Positions 28,646-37,621 of a stretch of 64,000 nt of DNA are shown piece by piece. This stretch comes from an uncultured virus (IMG/VR IMGVR_UViG_3300021961_010831) (Duplodnaviria > Heunggongvirae > Uroviricota > Caudoviricetes), in the IMG/VR virus record IMGVR_UViG_3300021961_010831, one strand, 5' to 3'. The notes beneath the pieces are model-generated. The model saw only the letters and a list, made by a program, of their open reading frames with translations. It was not told the origin of the DNA and searched no databases. How positions within the stretch are numbered: position 1 is the stretch's first letter; each line of letters begins with the position of its first letter. Both the position numbers and the translations under genes were made by a program.

Positions 28646-28744
28646 TTGACGTATTTTTTTACCCGAGTGACACATTCTCTTCCACACAATGTGGAATTAG
28701 TCTTTCTCATTCACCGATAAATATACGATCAATATGTTAGTCCG

Positions 28745-29146
28745 TCAACAACAGGGACTATCTGAAATAAAACTATCTTGGATGTTGATATAAAGTTCAT
28801 CACGTAATGGAACAATCAAATCTCCTTGAGGTCCACCTAATAACGCTTGATTATATTTGATCAAAAATTGACCAACATATCTACCAACAGTATTAGTATC
28901 TCTTTTGGTAAAACGATAGTAAACATAATATTCAGGGGTGGCATTCACATCCAAACCAATCAGTTCTACGATATATGCTGGTTTGGAAACAATTTTTGGG
29001 ATACCTGTAGCCTCATTTATCATTGTGAATGAAATTGTTGCGTCCTGCAAAGATTCCATAAATGACAAATACTCACTTCTACCGTCTTGCACCACTTGCA
29101 TTTTCAGTAAAGGTAAAGTTGCATTCTTTTTTATGAAAAAATCCAT
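28745..29146 (-). CDS. BppU-N-like structural/baseplate accessory protein
   Basis: FFIKKNATLP...YYRFTKRDTNTVGRYVGQFLI pattern; TATTTAT upstream. Confidence 0.5.
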   Translation of the reverse strand: MDFFIKKNATLPLLKMQVVQDGRSEYLSFMESLQDATISFTMINEATGIPKIVSKPAYIVELIGLDVNATPEYYVYYRFTKRDTNTVGRYVGQFLIKYNQALLGGPQGDLIVPLRDELYINIQDSFISDSPCC

Positions 29147-29172
29147 AGATAGTATTTTACAATAAATACCAC

Positions 29173-30843
29173 TTAGGATTCTTTTCTCAGATTACCATCG
29201 TAAAATTCGAATCTATCGTGTTCTGTAGGTGTCATCAATAACATACCTGGGTGTAAATTACCAGCAACAGTTTCTTGGTACATGTAACTCATCCAAGTTT
29301 GTTCGTATGGGTGTGCCCACTTTTCGGTTAAGAACATTTTCTTATTTCCTTCTTTGGTAACAACTTGTGGCCAATTACAGTAATAGATTTCCCCATTGAT
29401 AAATGATACCCCCTTATAAGTTCTAATGTGTTTGAATTGAGTCCTTGGGGCATTAGGATCTTGTCCGTGGACAGGTAATTGACTTTTTTCAGGCCATCTC
29501 GATTCACGATAATTTTGAGGTACATTGTACCAAGACCACTGAGTTCCATTATCCCCAAAAAATTCTGAATAATTCAATTTTAGAAAATCAAAATTATTAT
29601 TTTTTGTAATTTCCATAGAAATCCTATAAAGACCTTTTACATATCGGTTGAATCCATTTCTACAAACAGTCCCTTCATTCGGGTAAAAGAACATATCGTC
29701 TTCAAAAAACCAATAGAAGTCAAAATTATGTTCATCAACATGTTCGGCAATCCATTGTCTTCCACCACAAATCCCTAAATTATCTTTCTTGATATGTTCG
29801 AATCCAAATTCATTACATATTTCTTGATACCTTTCTGTTGTTGTAAGATCTGAAGAATTATCTAACAAAAACTTTCTTGGTTTATCAATAAAGTCTTTAT
29901 CATATTTTATCATCGAAGTTATAAGAGTCTCAAATTGTTTGGGACTATTGAATGTTATGACATACAATGCGGTATTATCAATTTCTAAATTTTCATTTCT
30001 TGGTTGGATTGGTTCTTTAGATTTTTTTTCTAAGGTATCATTTTTTAAATCTTCAAAAAACTTACCCATTAATCCGTTACTTTCAATTTCAAAATAATTT
30101 ACCAAATCAGGGTGTTTATAACAAAGAATTGTAAATAACGATTCTTCAGTGCCCATAAGTCCTGAATTCAACGTATTACTCATCAAATTATAATACAAAC
30201 CATTCAAATCGGCAACACTTTCTTTTGGTCCTCCGAAAAAGCCACCTCTTGCCACCATATCAACTTTACTACCAGCTAATTGATTGATTTTTTGAAAATT
30301 AAAACCATGAATTTCCGTATTGGCTTCGTATGGAAAACAAACAAAGGAAAATTTATCAAAATATTTTGGTAATTTATCTTGTACTTTGTCATGAGTGAAG
30401 TAACCAGGATGAACGGTGTTACTTAGTCCAGCATCAATCCAAAATAAATAATCAGAATCAAATTGGTCCATAATTTTTGCATCATGTAACAAAAACATTT
30501 TTGACATAACTAATGGATTATACATCTCCAAACGGGCCTGTGTGGATTCTGATAACCATCCTGATTGAGCTAACCAATCTGGATTGGTTCTGATGTTTTG
30601 AATTTGATTATAAAATTCTGACTTAAACCAATTTTGGTCTCTAACAATAAACTGAGTATTATCATCCCTTCGACGTTGTCTAACAAAATCTCCCAATTCT
30701 TGTTCACCAAAAATTATCAAGTTTACGTCCACTTCTAGAAGTTGTTCGAACTTTTGCAAATAATGGTCAAATGATCTAGACCATCCTTCCCCTAAGGTAT
30801 CGCGTTTTATATTCCAAAGACCTGTAACAAAAGTAACTTTCAT
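29173..30843 (-). CDS. HtrL/YibB(WlaTC)-like glycosyltransferase fused to a GT-A domain
   Basis: TFVTGLWNIKR, SKMFLL, FWIDAG, GGFFGG, GTEES in the N-half; FFEDD DxD-like motif in the C-half. Confidence 0.7.
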   Translation of the reverse strand: MKVTFVTGLWNIKRDTLGEGWSRSFDHYLQKFEQLLEVDVNLIIFGEQELGDFVRQRRRDDNTQFIVRDQNWFKSEFYNQIQNIRTNPDWLAQSGWLSESTQARLEMYNPLVMSKMFLLHDAKIMDQFDSDYLFWIDAGLSNTVHPGYFTHDKVQDKLPKYFDKFSFVCFPYEANTEIHGFNFQKINQLAGSKVDMVARGGFFGGPKESVADLNGLYYNLMSNTLNSGLMGTEESLFTILCYKHPDLVNYFEIESNGLMGKFFEDLKNDTLEKKSKEPIQPRNENLEIDNTALYVITFNSPKQFETLITSMIKYDKDFIDKPRKFLLDNSSDLTTTERYQEICNEFGFEHIKKDNLGICGGRQWIAEHVDEHNFDFYWFFEDDMFFYPNEGTVCRNGFNRYVKGLYRISMEITKNNNFDFLKLNYSEFFGDNGTQWSWYNVPQNYRESRWPEKSQLPVHGQDPNAPRTQFKHIRTYKGVSFINGEIYYCNWPQVVTKEGNKKMFLTEKWAHPYEQTWMSYMYQETVAGNLHPGMLLMTPTEHDRFEFYDGNLRKES

Positions 30844-30844
30844 C

Positions 30845-31453
30845 TTATTTCATTTTTTTTCTACATGCCCAAACGACATTTTTGAATGTTTCATGAAGAT
30901 AACCTTCCAAATTATTTAATTGACAGGGACCTTCGATATCACTATCTTGAATTTCTAACCAACTCCAAATTGTATCATGGACGAATTCTCTGAAATAAGT
31001 TTCATTTGGGGAATAATCGTGTGCCATAATCACATCACCTACTTTTAATAAGTTAGATAAAATTCTAAACTCATTTTTCTTACTTCCTCCATCACACAAA
31101 ACTAAGGTAGTACCCTCGGAAGTTATAAAATCAATAATTTCTTGACCATTTTCCAAATCAGAATATTGGTGGTTGAATACGTTTTTAACTTTAATTTCGA
31201 TGTTTGCACCATCATTTACGTGGTGTCTAAGATATTGTGGTTCATATACATCGTAGGTAACTAAACGTGTATCTGATAGACCAACTCTATCCAAAATATC
31301 TCTAATCATCAGAGTAAGCCCTCCTGATGATGTTCCAATCTCCAACACTTTCGTTGGTTTTAGATCAATCAAAAGCTCTTCAAAAGCCTTTTCTACATTG
31401 GGGTGTTGCATGATAGTTAACCCCTTATAAACAAAATGTCCCGAAACACTCAT
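30845..31453 (-). CDS. Class I SAM-dependent methyltransferase (CmcI/Methyltransf_24-like, probable sugar O-methyltransferase)
   Basis: VLEIGTSSGG, LCDGG, GDVIMAHDY. Confidence 0.75.
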   Translation of the reverse strand: MSVSGHFVYKGLTIMQHPNVEKAFEELLIDLKPTKVLEIGTSSGGLTLMIRDILDRVGLSDTRLVTYDVYEPQYLRHHVNDGANIEIKVKNVFNHQYSDLENGQEIIDFITSEGTTLVLCDGGSKKNEFRILSNLLKVGDVIMAHDYSPNETYFREFVHDTIWSWLEIQDSDIEGPCQLNNLEGYLHETFKNVVWACRKKMK

Positions 31454-31454
31454 A

Positions 31455-32186
31455 TTAAATTTTTCTTATTAGGTTTAGTGAAAAACTTGAATTATCATGT
31501 ATCAAGTAAGGTTGAGTTCCAAACTTTGTGGTGATAACACCGTTTTCAAATTTATAGTAAGTTTCATCCAACTCGGCGGTTGAAAAAAAGTATTCCGAGT
31601 TCAGATCCTTACTGAGGTTATTTTCTTTCAAATTATAATATTGCCATACTCCTTGATCGTCCCAAAAATCTATGTTTGAATTCAAACAAATCAATTCAAG
31701 TTCTTTAAGTATTTGATAAAATCGGTTTGTATTTGATATAACAGCTCCTGAATTCACATAAAAGAATTCTTTTTGTGGTAGTTTGGTTTCAAACCAATTG
31801 GATACTGAGTCAAGATAAGGCCAACAATTTTTTTCGGTTGATATTACTATTTCCTTCCCACTTTGATGAAAATTATCAAATAATTCTTTACTACTTCTTG
31901 CAAACTTAGTGTCAGAATAATCAATATGTAATAAGTTGTCGTATTTCCCTAAAATTTTATCTTCGATAAATTTTCTCAATCTAAAAATTTTACCAAAGAC
32001 TAGATCTTTTCTTTTACTAACACCGACATCAGTAATATTTGAGAAATCAAATGGATTGAAATCATTACTAAAATTTAGATAAAAATCCTCATCATCGATA
32101 TCATATGCAAAACGTGTTTTACATTCAATCTTTGAGGGCTCCTGACATCCAAGACAGTAGTATGTAGAAATTATTGCGTTTTTCAT
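31455..32186 (-). CDS. PLOD-type (procollagen lysyl hydroxylase GT-domain-like) glycosyltransferase
   Basis: IDYSD, STEKNCWP, YVNSG, DDQG, IHDN. Confidence 0.7.
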   Translation of the reverse strand: MKNAIISTYYCLGCQEPSKIECKTRFAYDIDDEDFYLNFSNDFNPFDFSNITDVGVSKRKDLVFGKIFRLRKFIEDKILGKYDNLLHIDYSDTKFARSSKELFDNFHQSGKEIVISTEKNCWPYLDSVSNWFETKLPQKEFFYVNSGAVISNTNRFYQILKELELICLNSNIDFWDDQGVWQYYNLKENNLSKDLNSEYFFSTAELDETYYKFENGVITTKFGTQPYLIHDNSSFSLNLIRKI

Positions 32187-32920
32187 ATTAAGCTATACCT
32201 TTCAATTATTCTTGGACTTCCATAATTCCAACCATTATCATGAATAAAAAATGGAAATGAATTTGTGGGAATGTATTGTACTTTTCCATCATTGGTTTTA
32301 TACGACTCCGCACTTGTCAAATAAGTACTTACAAATATATTACGACTAGTATCCAAAGTGATTTTTGGAGAAAATTCATTTATAAAATAATAGATAAATA
32401 CACCTTGATCTCCACCAAATGTTTTATATTCAATTGGAAAAACGTGTTCAATAACAGATTCCAAAAAATCTAAATACAAATTTTTCTCACTCATCTGAAG
32501 TCCTGCATTCAAGAAATTAGATTTATCTAAGTTTTCTTGAGGGTATTTGTTTATGGGTTTCCAACTTGAAATATCATTAGGGTATTGATGTCTTTCGGCA
32601 GAGAAAATAATCCCACCTGTATAATCAATATCATTTATGTTTCCAATGCAAACAACATCAGTCGTGTCAGAAAAAATAAATACATCATCATCAATAGACT
32701 TTAGTCGGTCAGATAACAAAAAAATTCTATATAACAAAAATTCATATTGATATCCGAACTTGGAATGAAACTCTTTTTCTAATTCCTCGAAATTTGTTCG
32801 ATTGTAATGAATATTGATAAAATCTTTCTCATTATTGTGTTTAATAAAACTTCTATAGAGGATTGTTTCTTCAATATGAGATTCATCCCCGTATGACCAA
32901 GTGACACTTATTAATTTCAT
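32183..32920 (-). CDS. PLOD-type glycosyltransferase (paralogue)
   Basis: FSDTTDV, FSAERHQYP, FLNAG, GDQG, IHDNG. Confidence 0.7.
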   Translation of the reverse strand: MKLISVTWSYGDESHIEETILYRSFIKHNNEKDFINIHYNRTNFEELEKEFHSKFGYQYEFLLYRIFLLSDRLKSIDDDVFIFSDTTDVVCIGNINDIDYTGGIIFSAERHQYPNDISSWKPINKYPQENLDKSNFLNAGLQMSEKNLYLDFLESVIEHVFPIEYKTFGGDQGVFIYYFINEFSPKITLDTSRNIFVSTYLTSAESYKTNDGKVQYIPTNSFPFFIHDNGWNYGSPRIIERYSLI

Positions 32921-32923
32921 ATA

Positions 32924-33634
32924 TTACCACTTAGGAAATGATCTGATTATATATTCTTCCCAATGAGTTTCATAATGCCATAGATTACTATATGAAGAAT
33001 ATTGTGTTGTTAGTGATTTCTCATAACAAAGAGCGGTGAAATGTCTTTCTAAGACATCCAAAGGTTGATCCAAATTATAAAAATTCACACTGCTTGGGTT
33101 GGAAACCACATTGTATCCATAAACGCTCAGAGTTAACAATTCATCAATCGGAACGTTATTGTGATTATCATGTGGATATATTGGATATTTTTCCAAAATG
33201 TGCTTTGCAAAATCTTTTTTTATTAGATAAGATTGAGCATGAGAAACCGAAGATACTTCGTAACAATTATTTTCTCTTAATAATGGTGTCCTTCTGTTTC
33301 TACAACCTAACCAAAACAAATCCCATTCAGTTTTGTTTATATTATCAAAAATCTCGTTTGACTCCTCTATTAAAAAATCCAAAAACAAACAATCATCTTC
33401 CAAAACTAACAAAGTTTCATGGTCGGAATCTACCAATCTTTGTAATAAGTCAAAATGACTTCTTTTACAATTTGTAGGTCCGGAATCTGTGTTTTTGTTC
33501 GCTGATACCCTTTCTACACCTTCTATCTTGAATTTAGAAAGTTGTGATTCTAATTTTTCACGTCTATCCGTTCTTTCATCTAAATTGATGAAATAACCAA
33601 TATCGGCAATTTTTTTACCATCAAACGTAACCAT
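32924..33634 (-). CDS. GT25-family glycosyltransferase
   Basis: YFINLDERTDRRE, CKRSH, LVLEDD, WDLFWLG, HAQSYLI, PIDE. Confidence 0.8.
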   Translation of the reverse strand: MVTFDGKKIADIGYFINLDERTDRREKLESQLSKFKIEGVERVSANKNTDSGPTNCKRSHFDLLQRLVDSDHETLLVLEDDCLFLDFLIEESNEIFDNINKTEWDLFWLGCRNRRTPLLRENNCYEVSSVSHAQSYLIKKDFAKHILEKYPIYPHDNHNNVPIDELLTLSVYGYNVVSNPSSVNFYNLDQPLDVLERHFTALCYEKSLTTQYSSYSNLWHYETHWEEYIIRSFPKW

Positions 33635-33636
33635 TA

Positions 33637-34884
33637 TTATAAATTACCTGTAATTCTCTCACACCATCCCTTAGATGTTGAGAATGGCCAAACAACCCAA
33701 TATGCTGGTTTGCTTTCTGTTTGGAATTCTCTCCACACTTTTCCGTAACCATCAGGGTCATTCATAATACGTTGAATTTCATTGATGTCAGCATCTTTTC
33801 TAAAGAGAGTCTCATCATTTGCCCCGTGGAACGCAACAACCCAAAATTCATAGTCTTTTTCAGGTACCGAAGAATAATTGATATCAATACAATGTTTAAA
33901 TACTGACGCAAAGTTTTTCTTCCATTCATCCTCAGTTTCATAGTTGTACGGGTTTGGTGGATAATTTTTATCCAAAGTGTACTGTTGTACTGCTCTTTTT
34001 TCGAATAATAACCCCGCATACTTTTCATAATCTCTCAAACTTCTTTCAGGACCGAAACCAAAAAAATCTTCGTGACCTTCTTGTTCAAGACCATCCATAC
34101 CGAATAATTTTCTATTTAGTAGGTGGGACTTATTATTTCTATCAACCCATTTTTTATCATCATCCCATTGTTTGGTTCTACCTTTTCTAGTATATTCATG
34201 CCAAATTAGAACTTTATGTGGGTGAAACAAGTCATATCCCCAAGTATAGGCTCTTGCAGAGATAGATATTTCTTCCCCGTGGAAGTAGTATTCGGGATTA
34301 TGTTGGACTTCTTTTGAGAATTGACCTATAGTAAATGCAAAGTGAGCTGAATAAAATCTTGCAGGTACTGGTTGTTTCATATCTTTCCAACCAGGAATTG
34401 TCTCGGGTAGGAAAAATACTGCACCCTCCGGAATAAATCTATCAAAAACCATTCTCCAAGGTTCTTGAACCCTTCCTTGAGGGTCATTATCGGGGTCAAA
34501 TGAGGATACATAACCTGTCAAAAGTGGTTTTTTGTAACCTTTTTTCTGAAGTTGTTTTACCATCTTAATCATCTCATCATCCCAATTTGGTGCAAATCTC
34601 ATATGAGAATCAATTTGAAGTGTGTATTCTTCATCTTGATACAATTGTTGAACTAAATTTCGTGCCCAACATACACCTTCAGCCTCTTCGTGAGGAATGT
34701 TTAAAATTCTGAAACGGTTATCCTTTTCGAACTCGGACAAATCATCGAATTTATCGTCAGGATGAAATTGTCGTGCAACACCGATTCTAAGATTTTTTGG
34801 TCTTTTGGCGTTTTCTAACATGTTTTTGATTGTAGGGATAAGCTGTGGATCCCTATAAGAAGCAATTTGAACAAAAATTTTCAT
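33637..34884 (-). CDS. GT60-family polypeptide/hydroxyproline alpha-GlcNAc transferase homologue
   Basis: IFVQIASYRDPQL, GVCWAR, LQIDSHMRF (DSH motif), FHGEE, ARAYTWGYD, WHEY, GFGPERSLRDYE. Confidence 0.85.
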   Translation of the reverse strand: MKIFVQIASYRDPQLIPTIKNMLENAKRPKNLRIGVARQFHPDDKFDDLSEFEKDNRFRILNIPHEEAEGVCWARNLVQQLYQDEEYTLQIDSHMRFAPNWDDEMIKMVKQLQKKGYKKPLLTGYVSSFDPDNDPQGRVQEPWRMVFDRFIPEGAVFFLPETIPGWKDMKQPVPARFYSAHFAFTIGQFSKEVQHNPEYYFHGEEISISARAYTWGYDLFHPHKVLIWHEYTRKGRTKQWDDDKKWVDRNNKSHLLNRKLFGMDGLEQEGHEDFFGFGPERSLRDYEKYAGLLFEKRAVQQYTLDKNYPPNPYNYETEDEWKKNFASVFKHCIDINYSSVPEKDYEFWVVAFHGANDETLFRKDADINEIQRIMNDPDGYGKVWREFQTESKPAYWVVWPFSTSKGWCERITGNL

Positions 34885-34896
34885 GAAGTTTTTTTA

Positions 34897-34904
34897 CAAA
34901 CCTA
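34897..34904 (-). promoter_or_regulatory. Bacteroidota sigma-A-type -7 element (TAGGTTTG) upstream of the GT operon
   Basis: Exact match to TAnnTTTG, 12 nt upstream of the GT60 ATG, in a 108-nt AT-rich intergenic gap. Confidence 0.55.
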
Positions 34905-34992
34905 CACAAAAATGAGAAAAATTAAACAGAATGATTGAATTAAATTATTTAGTTCTAAGTTGATGTCAATTTTCACCTAAAACTATTTTATT

Positions 34993-37620
34993 TTACAATA
35001 GAGGTATTGCCCATTTATTTGATAAATAGGATTCTATTGCATCCAGTTCAAATGAATCGAGTGCTCGGCTATAGACTAAAACGTCCAACAAAAATCCATT
35101 GTAATAGAATTGTGTGGTGCCTGCCGCTTGTGGAGTGTAAGATACACCCATAAATATATAATCTGTAAGAGCTGAAGTCGTTGTTCCCACATTTGAAGTA
35201 AATGTCATAGTCTGTTCAACAGAATCAATTCTGAATTTTAGTCTGTCAGAATTATTTGTTCCACTACCACTGAATACGATAGAAAAAATATGGGAATTTA
35301 AATCTACTGGGGTGCCTGATACAACCCCAAATCCACCTGCTTCAGCAATATTATATGTTCCACCACTTTGTCTCAGATATACAGAATCCAAACCAGTGTT
35401 TCCATCAGATCCTCCTTGGATATATTGTTCCGTAGCACCAGTATTTAACACACGAGCAACTACTATTATAGTTTCACCTGATTTAGCCGCTAAATCTGTA
35501 AGAGGATTCACACTAGATCCCATCGATATTCCATCGTAATAGGTACCACCCAAACCATTTTGAACATTACTCCACCACTCAGGTTTACATGACCCACAAA
35601 TGGCATTCGCATTATGCGCGCTCGATGACGAGTCAACCCACTGAGTAAATGTATCACCACTATCAGGTGTTGGTGTGTAGTAAGTTGCTAAACTACCCTG
35701 ATAATAAATTTCAAGTGTTGGGTCTGATGGGATAACTGCCTGAGTTGGAGAAGGTGTTAGTGTTGGTGTCAAACTTGGAGTTGTAGTGAGTGTTGGTGTT
35801 TGTGTTGGCGTGTCAGTAATGGTTGGAGTAGGTGTTGGTGTTGGTGAAACATCAACAAAAGTTACATTGACACACGGACATTGAGGTACAACATTGCTTA
35901 CTGTGAATCCTGTGACACATTCTCCAGGTTGTAATACAGGACTCAAGTTAAATGTATGTACATGATCTCCCGACGCAATTGTTTCAGTTCCACAATATAC
36001 TGTACCCAAATCACCGTAAGCACATCCAGAAACAACATAATCACAAACAGCATTCGCATTTATAGTAAACGATGGATCATCAAATAATGTTAAATCAAAA
36101 TTAGTACAACCTAATAATCTAACTCTAAGATATTGTTGAGTGAAAATTCCACAAGTTGGCGTAACCGAAGGCGTTTGAGTAGGAGTTTCAGAAATTGTTG
36201 GTGTAGGCGTCTGAGTAGGTGTTTCAGAAATTGTTGGTGTAGGCGTTTGAGTAGGAGTTTCAGAAATTGTTGGTGTAGGCGTCTGAGTGGGTGTTTCTGA
36301 AATAGTAGGAGTAGGCGTTTGAGTAGGTGTTTCTGAAATAGTAGGAGTCGGTGTCTGAGTAGTAGTTTCAGATGGGGTTTGTGTTACCGTCTCTGTAGGA
36401 GTTACAGTCGGAGTCAATGTTGACGTTGGAGTTGGAGTTTCTGTCAAAGTTGAAGTTGGGGTAAGCGTAGGTGTCTCAGAAATTGTAGGTGTAGGAGTCT
36501 GAGTTGGCGTCTCAGAAATTGTAGGTGTAGGAGTCTGAGTTGGAGTTTCAGAAATTGTAGGTGTAGGAGTCTGAGTTGGAGTTTCAGAAATTGTAGGCGT
36601 AGGAGTAGGGGTTTCACTTTGAGTAGGAGTTTGTGTCGGATCACTAGTAGGTGTTATAGTTGGTGTAGGAGTTTGTGACTCTGTAATAGTTGGAGTTAGT
36701 GTCGATGTTGGTGTTTGGGTAGGAGTTTCAGAAATAGTTGGGGTAGGTGTTTGGGTAGGAGTTTCAGAAATAGTTGGCGTAAGACTTGATGTTGGTGTTA
36801 CTGATAATGTAGGTGTAGGTGTCTGTGTTGGTGTTTCAGACATGGTTATACTAGGAGTGACAGTAGGTGTCAACGTTGAAGTCGGAGTAACGGAAGGTGT
36901 TGGACTTTCAGTAATCGTCGGAGTTGGTGATAGAGTAGGAGTTTGAGTCGGGGTTTGAGTTTGACTTTCAGTAATTGTTGGTGTTACAGTGGGCGTATTT
37001 GTAGGTGTTTGTGTTGGTGTTTCAGTAATAGTCGGAGTTGGTGTTGGCGTTGCTGATGCAAATATTGGTGTGGCATTCAATACAAATCCTGATGGATTGA
37101 CATCAAAAAATTCAAATTCCGTATTTCTTACAACATTATCAAAACTTTTTCCACTTAAGACTACCTGTGTGGTACCACTTGTAGACCCTGACAAGAATTC
37201 ATAATTGGTAACAATATATTCCGTAATGTTTGGTTCAAAGGATAATTTTTGAACTAACCCAAATGAAACATCACCTGAAAATACTTTCTCCAAACTTGCA
37301 ACATAATCTATGACAACCGATCCTGGATTGATGTATGAATACACAACACCGTTGTCAGGTGATGGTGATGGAGTCATTGTTGGTGTTGGAGTTGGTGTGG
37401 GTGATGGGTTAGGTTGACCAATTACAACCAAACAGGTCTCACTGGTAGATGAGAAATAAATGAAATAGATTCCTTGTACAACACCATCTACAGGTGAATA
37501 TACAAATGGTAGTGTCTGATAACCCAAATCGATAACTTGATTTGAAAAGTTCTTAAATAAAACCTTACCCGTCTGTCCGTTGAAATTATCACTACTTATT
37601 AGAACTCCTACCTGACTCAT
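34993..37620 (-). CDS. Mucin-like Pro/Thr-repeat protein with C-terminal LamG/concanavalin-like domain (875 aa), probable virion fibre/decoration
   Basis: ~300-aa TPTQTPTPTISE-type tract; C-terminal TQWVDSS...TIIVVAR...VLVYSRAL...IESYLSNKW; no signal peptide visible. Confidence 0.75.
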   Translation of the reverse strand: MSQVGVLISSDNFNGQTGKVLFKNFSNQVIDLGYQTLPFVYSPVDGVVQGIYFIYFSSTSETCLVVIGQPNPSPTPTPTPTMTPSPSPDNGVVYSYINPGSVVIDYVASLEKVFSGDVSFGLVQKLSFEPNITEYIVTNYEFLSGSTSGTTQVVLSGKSFDNVVRNTEFEFFDVNPSGFVLNATPIFASATPTPTPTITETPTQTPTNTPTVTPTITESQTQTPTQTPTLSPTPTITESPTPSVTPTSTLTPTVTPSITMSETPTQTPTPTLSVTPTSSLTPTISETPTQTPTPTISETPTQTPTSTLTPTITESQTPTPTITPTSDPTQTPTQSETPTPTPTISETPTQTPTPTISETPTQTPTPTISETPTQTPTPTISETPTLTPTSTLTETPTPTSTLTPTVTPTETVTQTPSETTTQTPTPTISETPTQTPTPTISETPTQTPTPTISETPTQTPTPTISETPTQTPTPTISETPTQTPSVTPTCGIFTQQYLRVRLLGCTNFDLTLFDDPSFTINANAVCDYVVSGCAYGDLGTVYCGTETIASGDHVHTFNLSPVLQPGECVTGFTVSNVVPQCPCVNVTFVDVSPTPTPTPTITDTPTQTPTLTTTPSLTPTLTPSPTQAVIPSDPTLEIYYQGSLATYYTPTPDSGDTFTQWVDSSSSAHNANAICGSCKPEWWSNVQNGLGGTYYDGISMGSSVNPLTDLAAKSGETIIVVARVLNTGATEQYIQGGSDGNTGLDSVYLRQSGGTYNIAEAGGFGVVSGTPVDLNSHIFSIVFSGSGTNNSDRLKFRIDSVEQTMTFTSNVGTTTSALTDYIFMGVSYTPQAAGTTQFYYNGFLLDVLVYSRALDSFELDAIESYLSNKWAIPLL
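36154..37050 (-). repeat. Coding Pro/Thr tandem repeat including 36-nt (TPTQTPTPTISE) units
   Basis: Near-identical 36-nt units at ~36170-36360 and ~36470-36600 differing mostly at third codon positions. Confidence 0.9.
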
Positions 37621-37621
37621 A

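Noticed and set aside
29173..34884. Eukaryotic giant virus (NCLDV) origin suggested by eukaryote-like GTs
   Set aside because: Contractile tail genes, a sigma factor, coupled operons and bacterial promoter motifs show a bacteriophage
36154..37050. 36-nt periodic repeats resembling a CRISPR array
   Set aside because: Units are contiguous with no unique spacers, stay in frame and vary at third codon positions; this is a coding PT repeat
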